DNA of 64,000 bases from Antedon mediterranea (taxonomy: Eukaryota > Animalia > Echinodermata), in the NCBI RefSeq assembly GCF_964355755.1, contig NC_092678.1:10042352-10106351 (forward strand), written 5' to 3'. The notes under the pieces were generated by a model. It made no database searches and was not told the origin of the DNA. It saw only the letters and a program-made list of their open reading frames with translations. This document shows, piece after piece, positions 53,201 through 64,000 of the stretch (the first letter of the stretch is position 1; each line of letters starts with the position of its first letter). The translations under genes and the position numbers were made by a program.

Positions 53201-54795
53201 TGTGCTCTTTGATGTTTTTGTGTAACCAAGTTTTTTCGAAAATCACAAAATGGTCTAAAACGTCTCCAAATGCGATTTGAAGCTTTTCTAAGCACTTTGG
53301 TGTTTTTATGTTAACAAGTTTTTTCGAAAATCACAAAATGGTCTAAAACGTCTCCAAATGCGATTTGAAGATATTCTGAGCACTTTGGTGTTTTTCTGTT
53401 AAAAAGTATTTTCGAAAATCACAAAATGGTCTAAAACGTCTCCAAATGCAATTTGAAGCTATTCTGTACACTTTGATGTTTTGTGTGAAAAAGTTTTGTC
53501 AAAATGCTCAAAATGGTCTAAAACGTTTTTAAAACGATATTAAGCTATTTTGTGCTCTTTGATGTTTTTGTATAACCAAGTTTTTTCGAAAATCACAAAA
53601 TGGTCTAAAACGTCTCCAAATGCGATTTGAAGCTTTTCTAAACACTTTGGTGTTTTTATGTTAACAAGTTTTTTCGAAAATCACAAAATGGTCTAAAACG
53701 TCTCCAAATCCGATTTGAAGCTATTCTGTACACTTTGATGTTTTGTGTGAAAAAGTTTTGTCGAAATGCTCAAAATGGTCTAAAACGTTTTTAAAACGAT
53801 ATTAAGCTATTTTGTGCTCTTTGATGTTTTTGTGTAACCAAGTTTCATCGATATGAACAAAATGGTCTAAAACGTCTCAAAATGCGATTTGAAGGTATTC
53901 TGAGCACTTTGGTGTTTTTGGGTGAAAAGTTTTAACGAAATGCTCAAAATGGTCTAAAACGGTTTCTAATGTGATTTTAAGCACTTTGAAGTATTTGTAA
54001 AAACAAGTTTCATCGAAATGCACAAAATAGTCTAAAACGTCTCCAAATGCGATTTGAAGCTTTTCTAAGCACTTTGGTGTTTTTATGTTAACAAGTTTTT
54101 TCGAAAATCACAAAATGGTCTAAAACGTCTCCAAATGCGATTTGAAGATATTCTGAGCACTTTGGTGTTTTTATGTTAAAAAGTATTTTCGAAAATCACA
54201 AAATGGTCTAAAACGTCTCCAAATGCGATTTGAAGCTCTTCTGTACACTTTGATGTTTTTTGTGAAAAAGTTTAGTCGAAATGCTCAAAATGGTCTATAA
54301 CGTTTTTAAAACGATATTAAGCTATTTTGTGCTCTTTGATGTTTTTGTGTAACCAAGTTTCATCGAAAATCACAAAATGGTCTAAAACGTCTCCAAATGC
54401 GATTTGAAGATATTCTGAGCACTTTGGTGTTTTTATGTTAACAAGTTTTTTCGAAAATCACAAAATGGTCTAAAACGTCTCCAAATGCGATTTGAAGATA
54501 TTCTGAGCACTTTGGTGTTTTTATGTTAAAAAGTTTTTTCGAAAATCACAAAATGGTCTAAAACGTCTCCAAATGCGATTTGAAGCTATTCTATACACTT
54601 TGATGTTTTGTGTTAAAAAGTTTTGTCGAAATGCTCAAAATGGTTTAAAACGTTTTTAAAACGATATTAAGCTATTTTGTGCTCTTTGATGTTTTTGTGT
54701 AACCAAGTTTCATCGAAATGAACAAAATGGTCTAAAACGTCTCCAAATGCGATTTGAAGCTTTTCCAAGCACTTTGCTGTTTTTATGTTAACAAG
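35273..54795 (+). repeat. Large duplicated block, copy 2 (339 bp shorter near 37.2 kb; contains an internal 4218-bp tandem duplication)
   Basis: The offset to copy 1 steps 35272 -> 34933 -> 39151. Similarity ends where caagcttttt (15641) is opposite caagtttttt (54792). Confidence 0.92.
43700..52135 (+). repeat. Near-perfect 4218-bp tandem duplication (2 copies, ~49 monomers each)
   Basis: ORF pairs 45296/49514 and 47755/51973 differ by 4218. Markers aagggtcta, aatgtgatttg, ggtattttt, gaataag, gtaatgaag and aatgggattt are each repeated at this distance. Confidence 0.95.
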
Positions 54796-55870
54796 TTTTT
54801 TCGAAAATCACAAAATTGTCTAAAACGTCTCAAAAAGCGATTTGAAGGTATTCTGAGCACTTTGGTGTTTTTGTGTGAAAAGTTTTAACGAAAAGCTCAA
54901 AATGGTCTAAAACGGTTCTAATGTGATTTTAAGCACTTTGATGTTTTTGTACAACCAAGTTTCATCGAAATGCTCAAAATGGTCTAAAACGTTTTTAAAA
55001 CGATATTAAGCTATTTTGTGCTCTTTGATGTTTTTGTGTAACCAAGTTTTTTCGAAAATCACAAAATGGTCTAAAACGTCTCCAAATGCGATTTGAAGCT
55101 TTTCTAAGCACTTTGGTGTTTTTATGTTAACAAGTTTTTTCAAAAATCACAAAATGGTCTAAAACGTCTCCAAATGCGATTTGAAGATATTCTGAGCACT
55201 TTGGTGTTTTTCTGTTAAAAAGTATTTTCGAAAATCACAAAATGGTCTAAAACGTCTCCAAATGCAATTTGAAGCTATTCTGTACACTTTGATGTTTTGT
55301 GTGAAAAAGTTTTGTCAAAATGCTCAAAATGGTCTAAAACGTTTTTAAAACGATATTAAGCTATTTTGTGCTCTTTGATGTTTTTGTATAACCAAGTTTT
55401 TTCGAAAATCACAAAATGGTCTAAAACGTCTCCAAATGCGATTTGAAGCTTTTCTAAACACTTTGGTGTTTTTATGTTAACAAGTTTTTTCGAAAATCAC
55501 AAAATGGTCTAAAACGTCTCCAAATCCGATTTGAAGCTATTCTGTACACTTTGATGTTTTGTGTGAAAAAGTTTTGTCGAAATGCTCAAAATGGTCTAAA
55601 ACGTTTTTAAAACGATATTAAGCTATTTTGTGCTCTTTGATGTTTTTGTGTAACCAAGTTTCATCGATATGAACAAAATGGTCTAAAACGTCTCAAAATG
55701 CGATTTGAAGGTATTCTGAGCACTTTGGTGTTTTTGGGTGAAAAGTTTTAACGAAATGCTCAAAATGGTCTAAAACGGTTTCTAATGTGATTTTAAGCAC
55801 TTTGAAGTATTTGTAAAAACAAGTTTCATCGAAATGCACAAAATAGTCTAAAACGTCTCCAAATGCGATT
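52915..55870 (+). repeat. 1816-bp period partial tandem (~1.6 copies); the same period is seen at 34157/35973
   Basis: gggtgaaaag 53920/55736 and ttgtctaaaac 53000/54816 are 1816 apart. Confidence 0.85.
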
Positions 55871-57625
55871 TAAAGCTATTCTAGACACTTTGATGTTTTG
55901 TGTGAAAAATTTTCTCGAAATGCTCAAAATGGTCTAAAACGTTTTCCAATACCATTATTAAGCTATTTTGTGCAATTTGATGTTTTTGTGTAACCAAGTT
56001 TTTTGAAATGCGATTTGAAGATATTCTGAGGACTTTGGTGTTTTTATGTTAAAAAGTTTTTTCGAAAATCACAAAATGGTCTAAAACGTCTCCAAATGCG
56101 ATTTGAAGATATTCTGAGCACTTTGGTGTTTTTATGTTAAAAAGTTTTTTGGAAAATCACAAAATGGTCTAAAACGACTCCAAATGCGATTTGAAGCTAT
56201 CCTGTACACTTTGATGTTTTGTGTGAAAAAGTTTTGTCGAAATGCTCAAAATGATCTAAAACGTTTTTAAAACGATATTAAGCTATTTTGTGCTCTTTGA
56301 TGTTTTTGTGTATCCAAGTTTCATCGAAATGAACAAAATGGTCTAAAACGTTTTTAAATACCATATTAAGCTGTTTTGTGCACTTTGATGATTTGTGTGA
56401 AAAGTTTTAACGAAATGCTCAAAATAGTCTAAAACGGTTTCTAATGTGATTTTAAGCACTTTGATGTTTTTGTGTAACCAAGTTTTATCGAAATGAACAA
56501 AATGGTCTAAAACGTCTCCAAATGCGATTTGAAGCTTTTCCAAGCACTTTGCTGTTTTTATATTAGGTTTTTTCGAAAATCACAAAATGGTCTAAAACGT
56601 CTCTAAATGCGATTTGAAGGTATTCTGAGCAATTTGGTGTTTTTGTGTGAAAAGTTTTAACGAAATGCTCAAAATTGTCTAAAACGGTTTCTAATGTGAT
56701 TTTAAGCACTTTGATGTTTTTGTAAAACCAAGTTTCATCGAAATGCACAAAATGGTCTAAAACGTCTCCAAATGCGATTTGAAGCTATTCTGTACACTTT
56801 GATGTTTTGTGTGAAAAAAGTTTTGTCGAAATGCACAAAATGGTCTAAAACGTTTTTAAAACGATATTAAGCTATTTTGTGCTCTTTGATGTTTTTGTGT
56901 AACCAAGTTTCATCGAAAATCACAAAATGGTCTAAAACGTCTCAAAATGCGATTTGAAGGTATTCTGAGCACTTTGGTGTTTTTGTGTGAAAAGTTTTAA
57001 CGAAATGCTCAAAATTGTCTAAAACGGTTTCTAATGTGATTTTAAGCACTTTGATGTTTTTGTAAAACCAAGTTTCATCGAAATGCACAAAATGGTATAA
57101 AATTTTTCCAAATGCGATTTGAAGCTTTTCCAAGCACTTTGCTGTTTTTATGTTAACAAGTTTTTTCGAAAATCACAAAATGGTCTAAAACGTCTCAAAA
57201 TGCGATTTGAAGGTATTCTGAGCACTTTGGTGTTTTTGTGTGAAAAGTTTTAACGAAATGCTCAAAATGGTCTAAAACGGTTTCTAATGTGATTTTAACC
57301 ACTTTGATGTTTTTGTGTAACCAAGTTTTTTCGAAAATCACAAAATGGTCTAAAACGTCTCCAAATGCGATTTGAAGCTTTTCTAAGCACTTTGGTGTTT
57401 TTATGTTAACAAGTTTTTTCGAAAATCACAAAATGGTCTAAAACGTCTCCAAATGCGATTTGAAGCTATTCTGTACACTTTGATGTTTTGTGTGAAAAAA
57501 GTTTTGTCGAAATGCTCAAAATGGTCTAAAACGTTTTTAAAACGATATTAAGCTATTTTGTGCTCTTTGATGTTTTTGTGTAACCAAGTTTTATCGAAAT
57601 GAACAAAATGTTCTAAAACGTCTCC

Positions 57626-60600
57626 AAATGCGATTTGAAGGTATTCTGAGCACTTTGGTGTTTTTGTGTGAAAAGTTTTAACGAAATGCTCAAAATTGTC
57701 TAAAACGGTTTCTAATGTGATTTTAAGCACTTTGATGTTTTTGTAAAACCAAGTTTCATCGAAATGCACAAAATGGTCTAAAACGTCTCCAAATGCGATT
57801 TGAAGCTTTTCCAAGCACTTTGCTGTTTTTATGTTAACAAGCTTTTTCGAAAATCACAAAATGGTCTAAAACGTCTCCAAATGCGATTTGAAGATATTCT
57901 GAGCACTTTGGTGTTTTTATGTTAAAAAGTTTTTTCGAAAATCACAAAATGGTCTAAAACGTCTCCAAATGCGATTTGAAGCTCTTCTGTACACTTTGAT
58001 GTTTTGTGTGAAAAAGTTTTGTCAAAATGCTCAAAATGGTCTAAAACGTTTTTAAAACGATATTAAGCTATTTTGTGCTCTTTGATGTTTTTGTATAACC
58101 AAGTTTTTTCGAAAATCACAAAATTGTCTAAAACGTCTCCAAATGCGATTTGAAGATATTCTGAGCACTTTGGTGTTTTTATGTTAAAAAGTTTTTTCGA
58201 AAATCACAAAATGGTCTAAAACGTCTCCAAATGCGATTTGAAGATATTCTGAGCACTTTGGTGTTTTTATGTTAAAAAGTTTTTTCGAAAATCACAAAAT
58301 GGTCTAAAACGTCTCCAAATGCGATTTGAAGCTATTCTGTACACTTTGATGTTTTGTGTGAAAAAGTTTTGTCGAAATGCTCAAAATGGTTTAAAACGTT
58401 TTTAAAACGATATTAAGCTATTTTGTGCTCTTTGATGTTTTTGTGTAACCAAGTTTTTTTCGAAAATCACAAAATGGTCTAAAACGTCTCCAAATGCGAT
58501 TTGAAGCTTTTCTAAGCACTTTGGTGTTTTTATGTTAACAAGTTTTTTCGAAAATCGCAAAATGGTCTAAAACGTCTCAAAATGCGATTTGAAGGTATTC
58601 TGAGCACTTTGGTGTTTTTGTGTGAAAAGTTTTAACGAAATGCTCAAAATGGTCTAAAACGGTTTCTAATGTGATTTTAACCACTTTGATGTTTTTGTGT
58701 AACCAAGTTCTTTTCGAAAATCACAAAATGGTCTAAAACGTCTCCAAATGCGATTTGAAGCTTTTCTAAGCACTTTGGTGTTTTTATGTTAACAAGTTTT
58801 TTCGAAAATCACAAAATGGTCTAAAACGTCTCAAAATGCGATTTGAAGGTATTCTGAGCACTTTGGTGTTTTTGTGTGAAAAGTTTTAACGAAATGCTCA
58901 AAATGGTCTAAAACGGTTTCTAATGTGATTTTAACCACTTTGATGTTTTTGTGTAACCAAGTTTTATCGAAATGAACAAAATGTTCTAAAACGTCTCCAA
59001 ATGCGATTTGAAGCTTTTCCAAGCACTTTGCTGTTTTTATGTTAAGTTTTTTCGAAAATCACAAAATGGTCTAAAACGTCTCTAAATGCGATTTGAAGGT
59101 ATTCTGAGCACTTTGGTGTTTTTGTGTGAAAAGTTTTAACGAAATGCTCAAAATTGTCTAAAACGGTTTCTAATGTGATTTTAAGCACTTTGATGTTTTT
59201 GTAAAACCAAGTTTCATCGAAATGCACAAAATGGTCTAAAACGTCTCCAAATGCGATTTGAAGCTTTTCCAAGCACTTTGCTGTTTTTATGTTAACAAGC
59301 TTTTTCGAAAATCACAAAATGGTCTAAAACGTCTCCAAATGCGATTTGAAGATATTCTGAGCACTTTGGTGTTTTTATGTTAAAAAGTTTTTTCGAAAAT
59401 CACAAAATGGTCTAAAACGTCTCCAAATGCGATTTGAAGCTCTTCTGTACACTTTGATGTTTTGTGTGAAAAAGTTTTGTCAAAATGCTCAAAATGGTCT
59501 AAAACGTTTTTAAAACGATATTAAGCTATTTTGTGCTCTTTGATGTTTTTGTATAACCAAGTTTTTTCGAAAATCACAAAATTGTCTAAAACGTCTCCAA
59601 ATGCGATTTGAAGATATTCTGAGCACTTTGGTGTTTTTATGTTAAAAAGTTTTTTCGAAAATCACAAAATGGTCTAAAACGTCTCCAAATGCGATTTGAA
59701 GATATTCTGAGCACTTTGGTGTTTTTATGTTAAAAAGTTTTTTCGAAAATCACAAAATGGTCTAAAACGTCTCCAAATGCGATTTGAAGCTATTCTGTAC
59801 ACTTTGATGTTTTGTGTGAAAAAGTTTTGTCGAAATGCTCAAAATGGTTTAAAACGTTTTTAAAACGATATTAAGCTATTTTGTGCTCTTTGATGTTTTT
59901 GTATAACCAAGTTTCATCGAAATGCACAAAATGGTCTAAAACGTCTCCAAATACGATTTGAAGCTTTTCCAAGCACTTTGCGGTTTTTATGTTAACAAGT
60001 TTTTTCGAAAATCACAAAATTGTCTAAAACGTCTCAAAATGCGATTTGAAGGTATTCTGAGCACTTTGGTGTTTTTGTGTGAAAAGTTTTAACGAAAAGC
60101 TCAAAATGGTCTAAAACGGTTCTAATGTGATTTTAAGCACTTTGATGTTTTTGTACAACCAAGTTTCATCGAAATGCTCAAAATGGTCTAAAACGTTTTT
60201 AAAACGATATTAAGCTATTTTGTGCTCTTTGATGTTTTTGTGTAACCAAGTTTTTTTCGAAAATCACAAAATGGTCTAAAACGTCTCCAAATGCGATTTG
60301 AAGCTTTTCTAAGCACTTTGGTGTTTTTATGTTAACAAGTTTTTTCGAAAATCGCAAAATGGTCTAAAACGTCTCAAAATGCGATTTGAAGGTATTCTGA
60401 GCACTTTGGTGTTTTTGTGTGAAAAGTTTTAACGAAATGCTCAAAATGGTCTAAAACGGTTTCTAATGTGATTTTAACCACTTTGATGTTTTTGTGTAAC
60501 CAAGTTCTTTTCGAAAATCACAAAATGGTCTAAAACGTCTCCAAATGCGATTTGAAGCTTTTCTAAGCACTTTGGTGTTTTTATGTTAACAAGTTTTTTC

Positions 60601-63600
60601 GAAAATCACAAAATGGTCTAAAACGTCTCAAAATGCGATTTGAAGGTATTCTGAGCACTTTGGTGTTTTTGTGTGAAAAGTTTTAACGAAATGCTCAAAA
60701 TGGTCTAAAACGGTTTCTAATGTGATTTTAACCACTTTGATGTTTTTGTGTAACCAAGTTTTTTCGAAAATCACAAAATGGTCTAAAACGTCTCCAAATG
60801 CGATTTGAAGCTTTTCTAAGCACTTTGGTGTTTTTATGTTAACAAGTTTTTTCGAAAATCACAAAATGGTCTAAAACGTCTCCAAATGCGATTTGAAGCT
60901 ATTCTGTACACTTTGATGTTTTGTGTGAAAAAAGTTTTGTCGAAATGCTCAAAATGGTCTAAAACGTTTTTAAAACGATATTAAGCTATTTTGTGCTCTT
61001 TGATGTTTTTGTGTAACCAAGTTTTATCGAAATGAACAAAATGTTCTAAAACGTCTCCAAATGCGATTTGAAGCTTTTCCAAGCACTTTGCTGTTTTTAT
61101 GTTAAGTTTTTTCGAAAATCACAAAATGGTCTAAAACGTCTCTAAATGCGATTTGAAGGTATTCTGAGCACTTTGGTGTTTTTGTGTGAAAAGTTTTAAC
61201 GAAATGCTCAAAATTGTCTAAAACGGTTTCTAATGTGATTTTAAGCACTTTGATGTTTTTGTAAAACCAAGTTTCATCGAAATGCACAAAATGGTCTAAA
61301 ACGTCTCCAAATGCGATTTGAAGCTTTTCCAAGCACTTTGCTGTTTTTATGTTAACAAGCTTTTTCGAAAATCACAAAATGGTCTAAAACGTCTCCAAAT
61401 GCGATTTGAAGCTATTCTGTACACTTTGATGTTTTGTGTGAAAAAGTTTTGTCGAAATGCTCAAAATGGTTTAAAACGTTTTTAAAACGATATTAAGTTA
61501 TTTTGTGCTCTTTGATGTTTTTGTGTAACCAAGTTTCATCGAAATGAACAAAATGGTCTAAAACGTCTCCAAATGCGATTTGAAGCTTTTCCAAGCACTT
61601 TGCTGTTTTTATGTTAACAAGTTTTTTCGAAAATCACAAAATGGTGTAAAACGTCTCAAAATGCGATTTGAAGGTATTCTGAGCACTTTGGTGTTTTTGT
61701 GTGAAAAGTTTTAACGAAATGCTCAAAATGGTCTAAAACGTCTCCAAATGCGATTTGAAGCTCTTCTGTACACTTTGATGTTTTGTGTGAAAAAGTTTTC
61801 TCGAAATGCTCAAAATGGTCTAAAACGTTTTCCAATACCATATTAAGCTATTTTGTGCAATTTGATGTTTTTATGTAACCAAGTTTTTTGAAATGCGATT
61901 TGAAGATATTCTGAGCACTTTGGTGTTTTTATGTTAAAAAGTTTTTTCGAAAATCACAAAATGGTCTAAAACGTCTCCAAATGCGAGTTGAAGCTATGCT
62001 GTACACTTTGATGTTTTGTGTGAAAAAGTTTTGTCGAAATGCTCAAAATGGTCTAAAACGTTTTTAAAACGATATTAAGCTATTTTGTGCTCTTTGATGT
62101 TTTTGTGTAACCAAGTTTTTTCGAAAATCACAAAATGGTCTAAAACGTCTCCAAATGCGATTTGAAGCTTTTCTAAGCACTTTGGTGTTTTTATGTTAAC
62201 AAGTTTTTTCGCAAATCACAAAATGGTCAAAAACGTTTCCAAATGCGATTTGAAGCTCTTCTGTACACTTTGATGTTTTGTGTGAAAAATTTTTTTCGAA
62301 ATGCTCAAAATGGTCTAAAACGTTTTTAAATACGATATTAAGCTGTTTTGTGCACTTTGATGGTTTGTGTGAAAAGTTTTAACGAAATGCTCAAAATGGT
62401 CAAAAACGGTTTCTAATGTGATTTTAAGCACTTTGATGTTTTTGTGTAACCAAGTTTTTTCGAAAATCACAAATTGGTCTAAAACGTCTCCAAATGCGAT
62501 TTGAAGCTTTTCTAAACACTTTGGTGCTTTTATGTTAACAAGTTTTTTCGAAAATCACAAAATGGTCTAAAACGTCTCCAAATGCGATTTGAAGCTTTTC
62601 TAAACACTTTGGTGTTTTTATGTTAACAAGTTTTTTCGAAAATCACAAAATGGTCTAAAACGTCTTCAAATGCGATTTGAAGATATTCTGAGCACTTTGG
62701 TGTTTTTCTGTTAAAAAGTTTTTTCGAAAATCACAAAATGGTCTAAAACGTCTCCAAATGCGATTTGAAGCTCTTCTGTACACTTTGATGTTTTGTGTGA
62801 AAAAGTTTTCTCGAAATGCTCAAAATGGTCTAAAACGTTTTCCAATACCATATTAAGCTATTTTGTGCAATTTGATGTTTTTATGTAACCAAGTTTTTTG
62901 AAATGCGATTTGAAGATATTCTGAGCACTTTGGTGTTTTTATGTTAAAAAGTTTTTTCGAAAATCACAAAATGGTCTAAAACGTCTCCAAATGCGATTTG
63001 AAGATATTCTGAGCACTTTGGTGTTTTTATGTTAAAAAGTTTTTTCGAAAATCACAAAATGGTCTAAAACGTCTCCAAATGCGATTTGAAGCTATTCTGT
63101 ACACTTTGATGTTTTGTGTGAAAAAGTTTTGTCGAAATGCTCAAAATGGTCTAAAACGTTTTTAAAACGATATTAAGCTATTTTGTGCTCTTTGATGTTT
63201 TTGTGTAACCAAGTTTTTTCGAAAATCACAAAATGGTCTAAAACGTCTCCAAATGCGATTTGAAGCTTTTCTAAGCACTTTGGTGTTTTTATGTTAACAA
63301 GTTTTTTCGAAAATCACAAAATGGTCTAAAACGTCTCAAAATGCGATTTGAAGGTATTCTGAGCACTTTGGTGTTTTTGTGTGAAAAGTTTTAACGAAAT
63401 GCTCAAAATGGTCTAAAACGGTTTCTAATGTGATTTTAAGCACTTTGATGTTTTTGTGTAACCAAGTTTTTTCGAAAATCACAAAATGGTCTAAAACGTC
63501 TCCAAATGCGATTTGAAGCTATTCTGTACACTTTGATGTTTTGTGTGAAAAAAGTTTTGTCGAAATGCTCAAAATGGTCTAAAACGTTTTTAAAACGATA

Positions 63601-63905
63601 TTGAGCTATTTTGTGCTCTTTGATGTTTTTGTGTAACCAAGTTTTATCGAAATGAACAAAATGGTCTAAAACGTCTCCAAATGCGATTTGAAGCTTTTCC
63701 AAGCACTTTGCTGTTTTTATATTAAGTTTTTTCGAAAATCACAAAATGGTCTAAAACGTCTCTAAATGCGATTTGAAGGTATTCTGAGCAATTTGGTGTT
63801 TTTGTGTGAAAAGTTTTAACGAAATGCTCAAAATTGTCTAAAACGGTTTCTAATGTGATTTTAAGCACTTTGATGTTTTTGTAAAACCAAGTTTCATCGA
63901 AATGC
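57626..63905 (+). repeat. Duplicated block, copy 2 of ~16887-23254
   Basis: Same offsets as copy 1; the match ends at a 29-bp deletion junction catcgaaatgcgattt near 63900. Confidence 0.92.
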
Positions 63906-64000
63906 GATTTGAAGCTTTTCCAAGCACTTTGCTGTTTTTATGTTAACAAGCTTTTTCGAAAATCACAAAATGGTCTAAAACGTCTCCAAATGCGATTTGA

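Larger units (their letters stand above)
1..64000 (+). repeat. Tandem satellite DNA array, ~88-bp monomer (87/88 bp, with a 77/78-bp variant), ~740 copies, all in one orientation
   Basis: The anchor ATGGTCTAAAACG recurs at 31, 119, 207, 294, 381, 469, 556, 643, 730 and 808 (spacings 88,88,87,87,88,87,87,87,78) and continues to the window end. Type A monomer: CGAAAATCACAAAATGGTCTAAAACGTCTCCAAATGCGATTTGAAGCTTTTCTAAGCACTTTGGTGTTTTTATGTTAACAAGTTTTTT. No non-satellite sequence or inverted monomer was seen. Confidence 0.99.

Noticed and set aside
2873-63702. 38 short minus-strand ORFs (MEKLQIAFGDVLDHF..., 61-88 aa)
   Set aside because: They are translations of the satellite. The 87- and 78-bp monomers are multiples of 3 and so keep frame for 2-3 monomers. 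Starts checked are TTG/GTG created by single variants, the ORFs end at frame-shifting monomers, and no domain is recognisable. I used them only as duplication markers.
1-64000. Assignment to a named satellite, telomeric repeat, tRNA/5S-derived repeat, MITE or specific organism
   Set aside because: I found no telomere motif, pol III A/B boxes, terminal inverted repeats or target-site duplications, and I do not recognise the monomer. A database search is needed.
1-64000. Strand inversion or embedded foreign insertion
   Set aside because: I did not see the reverse-complement anchor (CGTTTTAGACCAT) or any non-satellite stretch while reading through. A very short insertion could have been missed by eye.

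Overview
The whole 64 kb is one uninterrupted, head-to-tail, single-orientation, AT-rich (~32% GC in the commonest monomer) satellite DNA array of roughly 740 monomers of 87-88 bp plus a 77-78 bp deletion variant. I see no genes, RNA genes, transposon insertions or CRISPR array; all listed ORFs are by-products of the repeat. Monomers fall into about seven subtypes (A-G) joined by near-obligatory adjacency rules (C->D, E->F, G->F). These build a degenerate 8-mer higher-order repeat (ABBCDAEF, 691 bp), which has been amplified in nested blocks of 1.46, 1.8, 4.2, 4.8, 7.2, 14.9 and ~35-41 kb. Shared point variants and microhomology deletions allow breakpoints and a relative chronology to be read. 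The architecture resembles a eukaryotic centromeric or pericentromeric satellite, but I do not recognise the family or organism, and function cannot be shown from sequence. All offsets were counted by eye from diagnostic variants and the ORF track; block edges are approximate.
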